This document shows, piece by piece, positions 1 to 10,579 of a stretch of 64,000 nt of DNA. The notes beneath the pieces are model-generated. The model did no database searches, was not told the DNA's origin, and saw only the letters and a program-made list of their open reading frames with translations. Position 1 is the stretch's first letter. Each line of letters begins with the position of its first letter. The DNA comes from an uncultured Nitrososphaerota archaeon (GTDB lineage Archaea > Thermoproteota > Nitrososphaeria > Nitrososphaerales > Nitrosopumilaceae): NCBI GenBank assembly GCA_963824385.1, contig CAWGPD010000003.1, forward strand, positions 192,001 to 256,000. Direction: 5' to 3'. Both the position numbers and the translations under genes were made by a program.

Positions 1-1035
1 CTTCTCTCAGATATTGGAGTCCTGTGATTTATACTGTCAATCTTTTCAACAAAGCCTTGGTTTGTCAAGTCTTCAATTATTTTTTCTCGTGCTTGTTTTA
101 CTTTAAGGCCCGCATATGCACCTGCAACCTCTTTCATTCTTCCATTCATGCCAACTGCAGCAATCTCTTCAAGTTTTAGATCTCGAAATAGTGCAACGTC
201 GTTTTGATCACCATAGTCTACAAACCATTACAGCGCCAGAGCCAAATTCTTTTTCTGCAGATGGATGTGCCTTTATCTCAACTTCTCTATTTACCAAAGG
301 TATGATTACTTTTTTTCCAATAACATCTGCGTATCTTTGATCTTCAGGATTTACTATTATGGTCTGACATGCACATAATAATTCAGGTCTTGTACTTGCT
401 ATTACAATTGTCCTCTCTGAATCTTTTACTTTAAATTTCATGTGGACTAGTTTTGTAGGAATATCTTCGTAAGTAATCTCGGCATCTGCTATGGTAGTAC
501 CTGTTACCCAATCATAGTTGTTGGGCCTGTTTGCAAGATAGATCTGTCCTTGTTTCCACATGTCAATAAACGTGGACTGGGTTAGGGTGCGATATTTCTC
601 AGAATCTGTTCTATAGTATTCTGCAAAATTACCACTCAAGCCAAGACTCTTCATTATCTGGATCATCTCTGCCTCTAAATCATCAAGTGCAGTCTCGCAG
701 AGTTTCAAAAACTCTGCCCTGTCTGTCTCATGCATCCTAATTCCATGCTTTTTCTCTGTGTACATCTCAACAGGAAGGCCGTTTCTGTCAATTCCTATTG
801 GAAATAGGACATTCTTTCCTGACATTCTTGCAGCTCTTGCAATCATGTCTATCTGTGCATAGTGAGAAGCTGCCCCAATATGCCATGGCCTTCCAGATGG
901 ATATGGCGGTGGAGTATCAATTACAAAGACATCTCCCTCTGGCTTGAAATCGTAAATGTGAGTCTCATCCCATTGTTTTAGTATCTGTTTTTCAATCTCG
1001 GGATTCCAAGCAGTTTCCTTGATAGTTGGTTCCAT
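1..1035 (-). CDS. valS: Valyl-tRNA synthetase, 5' part (runs off window start); apparent +1 frameshift at 217
   Basis: IDTPPPYPSG..HIGA (HIGH-like), TRPELL, FGSGAVMVC. Removing T217 continues as CSYGDQNDVALFRDLKL to the window edge. Confidence 0.95.
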
Positions 1036-1038
1036 GTC

Positions 1039-1861
1039 CTAAATTTTTGAGATCTGTGATATGATATGGGCTCCCTTGTTATAGCCCTCATAAATGTAGA
1101 CACCTACTGCTTCTATATTTTTTGGCATCTTTGGAACTAGCAGTTTGATTAATTCTGTGGACAGATTTTCTACTGTTGCCTCTCCTCTCAAAAGATAAGT
1201 TGTATGTTTTGGAACCTGAAGATCAAATCGTCCCTTTGGACCATCAAATGCAATTCTATAATGTTCTGAATCTTCTTTTACCAAGTATCTTTCATTTATG
1301 AAAAATTTATGATCCATTACTCCAATTACTTCTTTGATTATCTTCTTTGCCTCTCCAAAGTCCATCAGCAAATTGTTCTTCATCTCTCCGACTAGCTCGA
1401 CTGTAACAGATGAAGTGTGGCCATGTAATATTGAACACTTTTCAACTAACGGTAAAATGTGTGCATAATCAAATGCAAATGCAGGATCTTCCATAAATAT
1501 AGAACCTGTCTGAACCTCTTGGGTCTTGTATAGTATGATATCTTGTAATTCTGATAATCTCGCTGCGAATTTTGGATGCCCCATTGCTATAATTTTTACA
1601 TCAGTTAATTCTTGCTTGAGTTCCTTGTATTTTGTTATGTCACTTTCAACATCAATTACTTCGATAATTCCCTTGTCTGTCTTAAAATCAACTTTTACCT
1701 TGTTGCCATTTTTCAGTGTAATGGAATAATCATATTGGTATTCAATTTGCAAAAACTCTAGCATCTGAGCAATTGAGAGACTCAGTTCTGCTTCTCAAAA
1801 GATTTCCTTTTCCGTCAATATACTTAAAATCCGAATCCAAGATTGCAGAGCCAGTTGACAT
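1039..1861 (-). CDS. queD: 6-carboxy-tetrahydropterin synthase (QueD/PTPS) with an N-terminal extra domain; apparent +1 frameshift at 1780
   Basis: CSILHGHT, DFGEAK, MDHKF, ATVENL motifs. ATG at 1861 has a TTTATATA box 23-30 nt upstream and joins the ORF after removing A1780. Confidence 0.85.
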
Positions 1862-1883
1862 TTGAAAAATTGTGCCTAGTCCG

Positions 1884-1891
1884 TATATAAA
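1884..1891 (-). promoter_or_regulatory. TATA box of the queD-valS transcript (probably leaderless)
   Basis: TTTATATA on the minus strand, about 25 nt upstream of ATG 1861. Confidence 0.6.
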
Positions 1892-1918
1892 TTCTGTACA
1901 GGTGATAAGTGAGAGTTC

Positions 1919-2200
1919 TTACTTTTTGAGCAAGTTTAGTGTTCTTGCAAGGATGATGTCATTTTGTGTAATTCCTCCAGCATCATGTGTTACCAAATCA
2001 ACTGAAATCTTGTTGTATACATTAAACCACTCGGGATGGTGATTCATCTTTTCTATGTGGATTGCAGCTCTTGTCATAAAACCAAAGGCCTCGACAAAAT
2101 CATCAAATACAAAATCCTTGTGTAATTTTCCATTCACTATGCCCCATCCTGACAATTCTTTTAATTCCGTTTTGATTTGCTCATCAGAAAGTCTCATCAT
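1919..2200 (-). CDS. phhB: Pterin-4-alpha-carbinolamine dehydratase
   Basis: [24 protein letters not shown] motif. Confidence 0.95.
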   Translation of the reverse strand: MMRLSDEQIKTELKELSGWGIVNGKLHKDFVFDDFVEAFGFMTRAAIHIEKMNHHPEWFNVYNKISVDLVTHDAGGITQNDIILARTLNLLKK

Positions 2201-2256
2201 TGATATGATTTTTTTAAAGAATCCTATATTTAACTCTCAAAGCAAGTTCACTATAG

Positions 2257-3042
2257 ATGATAATCTTGGCAGGTCTTGAAAAAGAACTATACGAAATTAT
2301 GGTACAATCTCTAGAAAGCGTTAAAGAATCAAAGACTGTAGGAATTTCTTTTTCAGGTGGGGTAGATAGCTCACTTTTAACAAAGATTGCAAAAGATCTT
2401 GGCTATGATGTTGTACTTTTGACAATGGGCTTTGAAGACTCACATGATGTCGAGTTTTCAAAAACTATAGCAAAGACACTTGGCATACAACATGAAATTG
2501 AGCTAATATCTGAAAAAACATTCTCAGATGTGGCAAGAAAGATCTCTGACATGATTAACGTTGATAATTTGTCCTGGAATGAAAACTGTATTGCATTTTA
2601 TTATGTTGCAAAACTTGCAAAAAAGCACAATATATCCAAAGTCATTACTGCTAACGGAATTGATGAATTATTTTGTGGTTACAACTCTTATCGAGACTTT
2701 ATTCCAGAGGGTGAAGACGCAGTTGTTGGATTGATGAAAGAGAAGCTAGACAATGAAATACGTATGATGAGAGCAGTAAATCAAGTAACATCAGAGTTTG
2801 GAGTCCAGATTGTCCAGCCTTTTCTATCTGAGAAATTCATCGAGTTTGCAAAGACAGTTCCATTGGAACAAAAAATAAAGGACAAGGATGACTTGATGAG
2901 AAAACACATTGTTCGAAAATTGGCTTTATCAATTGGAGTTCCAGAAGAGTCTGCACTAAAACAAAAAAAGGCAATGCAGTATGGTTCTTTGATTCACAAA
3001 AATTTCTTAAAAGTCAAGAAAACTTGGAACATGAACTTTTGA
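2257..3042 (+). CDS. Asparagine synthase C-terminal-like ATP pyrophosphatase (no glutaminase domain)
   Basis: SFSGGVDSS PP-loop, NGIDELFCGY, PFL, KKAMQYGS. Confidence 0.85.
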   Translation: MIILAGLEKELYEIMVQSLESVKESKTVGISFSGGVDSSLLTKIAKDLGYDVVLLTMGFEDSHDVEFSKTIAKTLGIQHEIELISEKTFSDVARKISDMINVDNLSWNENCIAFYYVAKLAKKHNISKVITANGIDELFCGYNSYRDFIPEGEDAVVGLMKEKLDNEIRMMRAVNQVTSEFGVQIVQPFLSEKFIEFAKTVPLEQKIKDKDDLMRKHIVRKLALSIGVPEESALKQKKAMQYGSLIHKNFLKVKKTWNMNF

Positions 3043-4374
3043 CTTTGCTTGATACATTTTTAATTATATCAAATGATGCTCCAAGGTGATTTTTAGGAAC
3101 AAAAATTTTGCCAATCTCATTATATGTCAAGTGAGATGAGATTGCCTTGTCTTTTCTTATTGCATCTCTAAAGTCTGTTCCTTCTGAAGATGATGCAAAT
3201 GCAACTCTCTGAATATCTCTATAGGCTTCAAATCTTGGAACACCTTTTTGGATTAATGCATCAAGTACAAATTCTGCAAAGATCTGACCTCTTGTTATTT
3301 CCAGATTTTCTTTAATCTTATCTTCGTTTACAAATATGGAACTGAGAATCTTTGTCATGGCTTCAAGCATTTCGTCTAAAAGTATGGCAGTGGTTGGAAG
3401 GATGAATCTCTCGTTTGCAGAGTTGGACAAGTCTCTTTCATGCCATAATGGGATATTTTCAAAGGCAACTGAGATCTGACTGCGTAATAATTTTGAAAGC
3501 GATGTTACACGCTCACTTTTTACAGGATTTCTCTTGACTGGAACTGCACTACTTCCCATCTGACCTTTCTTGAAGGGTTCCGCAACTTCTCCTATCTCAG
3601 TTCTCTGGAGATTTCGGATCTCAACGGCAATCTTTTCAAGTGTTGAACCAACTAGTGCCATGACAAAGATATATTCTGCATATCTTTCACGCGGAACAAC
3701 CTGAGTTGTAACATCTGCCGGATAAAGCTCAAGTTTCTTTGCTACTCTTCTTTGTACTTCCAAAGCTTTTGAGCCCATGAGCGAGCCTGTTCCAACAACA
3801 CCAAGTGTCTTACAAATCAAAATTCTCTTCTTTATCTCTTCAATTCTTTCTACATGCTTTGACATCTCAAGTGCCCAGTTGGCAAATTTCAAACCAAATG
3901 AAATTATACTTGCATGCTGGCCGTGGGTTCTTCCAACTGCTGGAAGCCCTTTGTATTTTATGGCTTTATCTGCTAATATGATGGCTAATTTTGCTATCTT
4001 TGGCTCTATTATGCGAAGGGTATCGCGGAATTGTAATGAATTACTTGTGTCTACTAGATCGTTACTTGTCAAACCATAATGTATCCATGGTCTTGCAGAT
4101 GTCTTGCATATCTCACTTAACGCCTCAACTAGAGATGCAGTATCATGATCACTTTTTGCTTCTAGTTGTTTGACTCGATTTACTGAAATTTTTCCAGACC
4201 TTGCCATCTTTGATATGTTCAAAGCTGCATCTTTTGGAATCATCTTGATTTCTGACTGGGATAGGGCTACTGCTGCTTCGATTTCTAATTGATACGAGAT
4301 CTTTTTTGATCATCAAAAATCTCTTTCATAGCCTCAGTACCATAACGACCTCCATCAATTGGAAGAATTGGCAT
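3014..4374 (-). CDS. purB: Adenylosuccinate lyase; apparent -1 frameshift in the T run at 4302-4307
   Basis: HYGLTSND, GRTHGQHA, GSSAVPVKRNP. N-terminus MPILPIDGGRYG starts at 4374 in another frame. Confidence 0.95.
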
Positions 4375-4409
4375 GTATGGGATCAATTGATCATGGAAAA
4401 TAAATCTAC

Positions 4410-4607
4410 TTGTATCAAACTATGATTATGATCGACACTTTTTTTTATCCTCACGGGCAAACTAATTCCGTGAATTCTGAGAAAAACCAAGAAAAAAAGA
4501 ACTTGGCAGAAGACAAAGTTTTCAATGATTCAGAAGACAAGACTGATTTGCTTGAAGGCAAAACATTACATGACTTGTATAGACATACTACCAAGATGAT
4601 CAAATAA
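4410..4607 (+). CDS. Small hypothetical protein (start uncertain, possibly GTG 4470)
   Basis: ORF fills the gap between purB and rtcB; hydrophilic composition; no recognisable motif. Confidence 0.35.
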   Translation: MYQTMIMIDTFFYPHGQTNSVNSEKNQEKKNLAEDKVFNDSEDKTDLLEGKTLHDLYRHTTKMIK

Positions 4608-4670
4608 TATAATGAAAATCGCATACTCATGATTTAAATTGTGTACGGGTACCTTTTTTCGCAGAAAGAG

Positions 4671-6123
4671 ATGTCCTCACTAATTCCAAAGAAAATCCGA
4701 GAGATGGAGTATCGTATTGAAGCTGATCCATCAAAAGGTATGAAAGTTCCAGTTACGATTTATGCTGATGACAAATTGTTGCAAAAAATGCTTACCGACA
4801 GAACAATTCAGCAAGCAATTAACGTATCAACTATCCCTGGGGTTCTAAAACACGTTGTAGTTCTTCCAGACGGCCATGAAGGTTATGGCTTTCCTGTTGG
4901 TGGTGTAGCAGCAATGGATGCCGAAGAAGGAATGATTAGTCCAGGAGGGGTAGGTTATGATATCAACTGCGGTGTAAGACTCATCAAGACAAATCTTACC
5001 GAAAAGGATGTTCGACCAAGACTTCGAGACCTTGTCTCAGAGTTGTTTACATCAATTCCGTCTGGTGTAGGTTCAAAAGGTGCAGTCAGATTATCTCCAT
5101 CTGATCTAGATGAAGTTTTAGTAAAAGGTGTACAATGGGCAGTTGATCATGGATATGGTTCAAAAGATGATGCAGATGTGTGTGAAGAAAACGGTCAGAT
5201 AAAAAATGCCGACCCTTCAAAAATTTCTCCCACTGCAAGAAAAAGGGGAGCGCCTCAACTAGGAAGCTTGGGTTCGGGAAATCATTTTCTTGAAGTACAA
5301 CGTGTTGATCAGATTCATGACAAGGAAGCTGCAAAAAAGATGGGAATCTTTAACGAAGGTCAAATTACTGTATTGATTCACTGTGGTTCTAGAGGATTTG
5401 GACACCAAGTATGTAGTGATTATCTTAGGGTATCAGAACAGTCGCTTTCAAAATACAAAATAAATCTAGTGGACAGAGAACTTGCATGTGTTCCAAATTC
5501 TTCTGAAGAAGGGGAATCATATCGAAGAGCAATGTTTGCAGCATTAAATTATGCGTGGAGTAATAGACAGATGATCACCCATTGGACAAGAAAGGCCTTT
5601 GAGCGAATCTTCAAACAAACAGAATCTGATCTTGACATGAAACTAATCTATGATGTCAGCTCACAACATTGCAAAAGTTGAAAAACACAAAATCGACGGG
5701 GAGCTTCGTTCAGTTGTTGTTCATAGAAAAGGTGCAACAAGAGCATTCCCACAAGGAAGAGAAGAAATTCCTAAAAAGTACCGAGACATTGGTCAGCCAG
5801 TCTTCATACCAGGTTCAATGGGTACTGGTAGCTGGATCTTGTTGGGAAAACCAAATTCTATGGATCTTAGCTTTGGTTCTACTGCCCATGGTGCAGGAAG
5901 GATGATGTCAAGATCTGCTGCAAGGCGAGGTTTTACTGAAAGCCAAGTACAAAAAACTCTCAGCGATAAAGGAATTTTCATAAAAGCTCTCACAAGAGAA
6001 GGTGTAGTGGAAGAGACACCTGAAGCATACAAGGATGTAGACGCTGTTGCAAACGTATCTCACGAACTTGGAATAGCTACCAAAGTAGCAAAACTTGTTC
6101 CAATTGGGGTAATCAAGGGTTGA
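4671..6123 (+). CDS. rtcB: tRNA-splicing ligase RtcB; apparent +1 frameshift at about 5657
   Basis: LPDGHEGYGFPVG, GYDINCG, GSLGSGNHF, HCGSRG, HRKGAT, PGSMG, STAHGAGR. Corrected junction reads YDVAHNIAK. Confidence 0.96.
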
Positions 6124-6626
6124 GCGAAGAAGACAGAGAACTAGAGCGTCTCAAGGCAAAAAGGATGCTTGAGATGCAAAAAAATATCTCACAACAACAG
6201 AAAATTGAAGAATTAAAAAATGAACCAAAAAAACCACAGATTTCTTCACGTGATTTAGTAGTAAAACAGCTTGGATATAGAGGAGTTGAGGTTCTTCAAA
6301 ATGCAGAAGCTCAATTTCCAGAAGAGTCCAAAGTTGTCATAGAAAAACTTGCAGAGCTTATTCAAGGAGGAGAAGTTTCTGAAATCATCGATGGAGGAAA
6401 ATTACTGACCTTGTTTAGGTCTCTTGACATTCGAGTGAGAATGCAAACTACCATTAATGTTGAACAGGATGGAAAATTGGTATCTTGGTCTGACAAACTA
6501 AAAGGTGATGTGAAAACTGAATATGAACAATCATCAGAACCTGCTACTGAATCTTCAACTCAGTCCTTAGAGTCTTCTGGACAACCAAGTACTGAAAATA
6601 CTTCAAACTCTTCTGAACAATTCTAA
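6120..6626 (+). CDS. PDCD5-like dsDNA-binding protein with Ser/Glu tail
   Basis: N-terminal DRELERLKAKRMLEMQ and helical core typical of the PDCD5/DUF122 family. Confidence 0.65.
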   Translation: MSEEDRELERLKAKRMLEMQKNISQQQKIEELKNEPKKPQISSRDLVVKQLGYRGVEVLQNAEAQFPEESKVVIEKLAELIQGGEVSEIIDGGKLLTLFRSLDIRVRMQTTINVEQDGKLVSWSDKLKGDVKTEYEQSSEPATESSTQSLESSGQPSTENTSNSSEQF

Positions 6627-6690
6627 AGTTATTCCAAGACAGTTTGACTGAACCAAAATAAGTTTATTATTCGTGTATAGCGGTGTATGA

Positions 6691-7023
6691 TTGCTAATGC
6701 ACGGTAGACCAACCATAATTCAAGTTGCAACAACCAACTATGAAACTGATAGAGCAATTGTTACAAATACGATGGAAGAGATACAAACTCTTTGCGGTAT
6801 CAAGGAAGGCTTTCTTATTGAAAGTAATGCTATGGAAAGATTTGGTTGGGCTTTTTTCAGAGTATTGATTAAAACAGAATTACTTGCCCAAATGGACTTG
6901 AAATACGGAGATCAGATTGCAAAAACAAAAGGAAAGAAAATTGAAGAAAAATTTGTAACTTTTATGACAAAATTTTTCGAGACCAAAAATGCTAAAGTAA
7001 AACTAAAACTTGTAGATGCTTAG
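6691..7023 (+). CDS. Hypothetical protein
   Basis: Intact 110-aa ORF filling the intergenic space. Confidence 0.7.
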   Translation: MLMHGRPTIIQVATTNYETDRAIVTNTMEEIQTLCGIKEGFLIESNAMERFGWAFFRVLIKTELLAQMDLKYGDQIAKTKGKKIEEKFVTFMTKFFETKNAKVKLKLVDA

Positions 7024-7427
7024 ACTCTTCTTCCTCTTTTACCACCCTTCTTTCTTGTGGTATCATGAGGGATTGGTGTTACATCATCAATTCTTCCAAT
7101 CTTAAATCCGCCTCTTGCTAGTGCTCTAATTGCTGCTTGTGCACCAGGACCTGGAACACGTGAACCGACTCCTCCTACCGCTCTTACTCTAATGTGAAGA
7201 CCAGTGAAGCCTTTGTCATGTGCTGCTTCAACAACTGCTGCTGTTGATTTCATTGCTGCATAAGGAGATGATTCATATCTGTCTGCGTTAACATGTCGTC
7301 CACCAGAGCTTATTGCTACAGTCTCTGCCCCAGAAACATCTGTGATGTGTACTATGGTATTGTTGAAACTACTGAAAATGTGAGCTATTCCCCATTTTTC
7401 CTTGGCAGTCTCTTGTTCGGACAACAT
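7020..7427 (-). CDS. rps11: 30S ribosomal protein uS11
   Basis: [38 protein letters not shown]. Confidence 0.98.
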   Translation of the reverse strand: MLSEQETAKEKWGIAHIFSSFNNTIVHITDVSGAETVAISSGGRHVNADRYESSPYAAMKSTAAVVEAAHDKGFTGLHIRVRAVGGVGSRVPGPGAQAAIRALARGGFKIGRIDDVTPIPHDTTRKKGGKRGRRV

Positions 7428-7457
7428 CTCAAGACTCTCGAACGGGTTTAAAAAACA

Positions 7458-8411
7458 TTAGGATCTGAGGTGTACCCAACCACACCTTTTGATTTTCTTG
7501 GGCTTGAACTTCTCCATGAGAACCACATCTTTGCCCCTGGCTACATAACCTATTTCAAATAAAGGCACTTGTAATTTTTTTGCCATTTTTCTGATTTGAC
7601 GCAAATTAACAGGTGATATGGTAAAGACCATTTCATACTCCTCTCCGCCACAAAAAACCAACTCTTTCAAATCAACTCTGTTCTTTGCCGAAAATTCTAT
7701 TACGTCATATTGTGTTGGAAAACCAAATATTACAAATCTCTTTTTGCTCTGCTCGCTCATGTCGTTAAGTGTTATGGAAAGTCCGTCACTAGAGTCCATT
7801 GATGATGAAAAATATTTTGCCGCCTGTATTCCAAATCGTAACCTTGGAGTTGGTCTCATTACTTTTCCCATACATTTCCTAAAAAATTGTGGATTAGTTT
7901 TGTACTTGTTTAAAATAATCTTCAAACCTGAAGAAGAATACCCAAAAGGACCTGATGTTGCTATAATGTCTCCAATCTCTGCACCTCCCCTTAATGGCAT
8001 CTTTTTGTTTTCTCCTCCAAACATGGATACTTCGATGATCAGCTCCTTTCCTTGATTTGTATCACCACCTACTATCTTTAACCCAAATTCTTTTGAGGCT
8101 GATGCAAAACCTTCTGCCAACTGGTTTATCATCTTCTGTGTAAAACCACGTGGTATTGCCAATGAAATTGTAGCAAATTGGGGCTTGACTCCCTTGCAGG
8201 AAAAGTCGCTTACACATGCAACTATGCTCTTTCTTGCAATCTCTGAAATCTTCATTCTTGGAGGTACATCGGTACTCTGAACCAGCATGTCAGATTTTAT
8301 AATAAACTTGGAGTTGCCAATTTTTATAACTTCAACATCGTCTGCTAATCCAGACTTGGCAAATCTTTTTTGAAATATTTTGATTATCTTTCTTTCATCT
8401 GGATTCTTCAT
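7458..8411 (-). CDS. thiL: Thiamine-monophosphate kinase
   Basis: DD, VGGDT, MDSSDGL, GGEEYE, GWVH. Confidence 0.92.
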   Translation of the reverse strand: MKNPDERKIIKIFQKRFAKSGLADDVEVIKIGNSKFIIKSDMLVQSTDVPPRMKISEIARKSIVACVSDFSCKGVKPQFATISLAIPRGFTQKMINQLAEGFASASKEFGLKIVGGDTNQGKELIIEVSMFGGENKKMPLRGGAEIGDIIATSGPFGYSSSGLKIILNKYKTNPQFFRKCMGKVMRPTPRLRFGIQAAKYFSSSMDSSDGLSITLNDMSEQSKKRFVIFGFPTQYDVIEFSAKNRVDLKELVFCGGEEYEMVFTISPVNLRQIRKMAKKLQVPLFEIGYVARGKDVVLMEKFKPKKIKRCGWVHLRS

Positions 8412-9693
8412 AACTTTGTTTAACCAGCATAGTGATTTGTTTTTCTATTGATTTTGCTTTATTGAGGTCGTTTGACTCTGCAGAGACCCTGATTATGTGC
8501 TCTGTATTTGACTGTCTCACTAGAACCCAGCTGTCTTCATCTATTATGGACTTTATACCGTCAATTGTTATAATCTGACTAGATTGTTTCCTCATCTTTT
8601 TTAATAGAATTCCAAGTGTTTTCTTGTGGAGTTTGGAGTCTACGCTTACTTTGGTTCTTATCTGATGATATCCTTCCATGAATTTGATTGTCTCATTGAA
8701 TTGTTTTGTTCCAACCATTGATGCAATAAGACCACTTGTCAAAATCCCGTCTCTACACATGTTGAATTCTGGCAAAATAAATCCAGCACTGCTTCCCTCT
8801 CCACCTGCTTGAGATTTTGTTTTTAACATCATGTCAACTACATTTGCCTCTCCGACTTTGGATCTGTTGACAATACCACCTTGATCTGTAACAAACTTTT
8901 CAATTGCAATACTAGTATCAATACTTAGAACAAATTTTTTGTATCCCTTTTCAAGTGCACCTGCAACCCCCAGACCTAATGTAACATCAGGTGATTTTTT
9001 CTTGCCGTCTTTTACTATAACTAGTCTATCTCCATCCAAATCAAAAGCAAAACCAATATCTGCTTTTTTTGAAGCTTGGACTAGTCCTGATAATTTATCA
9101 TTTGTAGGATCTGGACCTCTATTTGATTTTCCTGGTATTTTATTTATCACACTTGTCTTACAACCTAGTTTTTCTAGTAACTGTGGAGCAACCTCAAATG
9201 CTGCACCGCCACCAATGTCGATGGCTATCTTTGGCGATTTTTTTATTCTTCCAATTACTTTGGCTGCCTCATCAATATATCTTGATTTTACCTGTATTTC
9301 AGTCCCAAATTTTTCTTTATGAAATTGGTCTTCTTTTACCAACTGTTCTAATTCTGACTCATTAATTCCCCTGCCTTCTAGAATAAACTTTAGACCATTC
9401 CATTCTAATGGATTGTGTGAAGATGTAACAATCAGACCGCTACCATATTTTCTTGCTTCTCTGAATATGACAGGTGTGGGAGAAATACCTAGATTATACA
9501 CTGAGATTCCTCTTTCTAAAAGAGAGGCAACTGCAACATTTGTTACAATCTCACCTGATGGTCTTGTATCTCTTCCAACAACACATTTTTTTGACTTGAT
9601 TAAAGGCGAAAAATTTCTACAATAATGAATTATGTCCTTAAAATTAAGGTCATTACCAAAAATTCCTCGAACTCCGGAAATTGATACCTTCAA
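8395..9693 (-). CDS. Phosphohexomutase (phosphomannomutase/phosphoglucosamine mutase family)
   Basis: SGVRG, GRDTR, TSSHNP (phospho-Ser), DLDGDR, GGEGS, RQSNTE. Confidence 0.93.
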   Translation of the reverse strand: MKVSISGVRGIFGNDLNFKDIIHYCRNFSPLIKSKKCVVGRDTRPSGEIVTNVAVASLLERGISVYNLGISPTPVIFREARKYGSGLIVTSSHNPLEWNGLKFILEGRGINESELEQLVKEDQFHKEKFGTEIQVKSRYIDEAAKVIGRIKKSPKIAIDIGGGAAFEVAPQLLEKLGCKTSVINKIPGKSNRGPDPTNDKLSGLVQASKKADIGFAFDLDGDRLVIVKDGKKKSPDVTLGLGVAGALEKGYKKFVLSIDTSIAIEKFVTDQGGIVNRSKVGEANVVDMMLKTKSQAGGEGSSAGFILPEFNMCRDGILTSGLIASMVGTKQFNETIKFMEGYHQIRTKVSVDSKLHKKTLGILLKKMRKQSSQIITIDGIKSIIDEDSWVLVRQSNTEHIIRVSAESNDLNKAKSIEKQITMLVKQSYEESR

Positions 9694-9746
9694 TGAATCA
9701 AAACTACAAAGGCTTTTTATAAACTCTAATTACATTTCGAACCACT

Positions 9747-9820
9747 GCCTCGATAGCTCAGCCTGGTAGAGCGAACGCCTCGTAAGCGTTAGGCCGTGGG
9801 ATCGAATCCCATTCGAGGCT
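9747..9820 (+). tRNA. tRNA-Thr (CGT)
   Basis: Cloverleaf GCCTCGA/TCGAGGC; anticodon arm AACGC-CTCGTAA-GCGTT. Confidence 0.95.
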
Positions 9821-9858
9821 TTAATCAAGTAAATGCAGAAAATGATCTTCGAATTATT

Positions 9859-9954
9859 CTAAAGTCTGGTATCTTCTACTTTTTCATCAAGAGATTCGAT
9901 ATCTAATTCGAGTTCTTTTGCAAGTCCTTTCCACCATGCTAATGTCTCTGCCAC
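9859..9954 (-). CDS. Microprotein, 31 aa (MAETLAWWKGLAKELELDIESLDEKVEDTRL)
   Basis: GGGGAG Shine-Dalgarno-like sequence before TTG/GTG; protein-like helical composition; below the ORF-track cut-off. Confidence 0.55.
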   Translation of the reverse strand: MAETLAWWKGLAKELELDIESLDEKVEDTRL

Positions 9955-10184
9955 CAATACTCCCCTTTTGATAAACCAAACTACACCTTTATAGATCTGT
10001 CGGTTTACTGTCCGCTAACTCAAAAATCGATTTTTTTTATCTAAAAATTATTGTCCATTTCATTTTAAGATCTCTGATAGTTTTAGATCGAGTTGAATTT
10101 TTAAAATAATTCTAAAAAATAGATCTTAAAAAATTTTAATCAAATATGGATTCTAAGATTTTAAAAATAATAAAAAATAGAGGC

Positions 10185-10466
10185 TTAAAGATCTAAGCCA
10201 AAAGAGTCTGCAAGATTCTGGAATCTTTCATATGACTGTAGATATTGCTTACCTTTTGATGTTATGACAAATGTGTTCTTTCCGTCGAATTCTATCTTGT
10301 TGATTAGACCTGCACCAGTTAGATTGTCTACGAATTTGGATAGTCTTGAATGTGATAAATTGGCCTTTGTTAGAAGTGATGTTACATTAATTCCGTTCAT
10401 ACCGCTTTCTTCTGTTACAGTAAGCAAATCTCTTACTATCTGCATGCTTGTTCTATATGCTACCAT
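10185..10466 (-). CDS. Winged-helix DNA-binding protein (HTH_45-like), paralog 1
   Basis: YRTSMQIVRDLL..KANLSHSRL..ITSKGKQYL; likely start MVAYR at 10466. Confidence 0.88.
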   Translation of the reverse strand: MVAYRTSMQIVRDLLTVTEESGMNGINVTSLLTKANLSHSRLSKFVDNLTGAGLINKIEFDGKNTFVITSKGKQYLQSYERFQNLADSFGLDL

Positions 10467-10579
10467 GTTAGAAACTATAAGATTTGGTGATATAAGGGTA
10501 TTACTATTTATCCTCTTTGTAATCCTTATAGGGACGTATTTTATCTCGATGAAAGGAAATTTATCCCTTTTTTGAGGAT

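Noticed and set aside
2257..3042. QueC
   Set aside because: It has the PP-loop but lacks the C-terminal Cys-rich Zn motif; the other motifs are AsnB-like.
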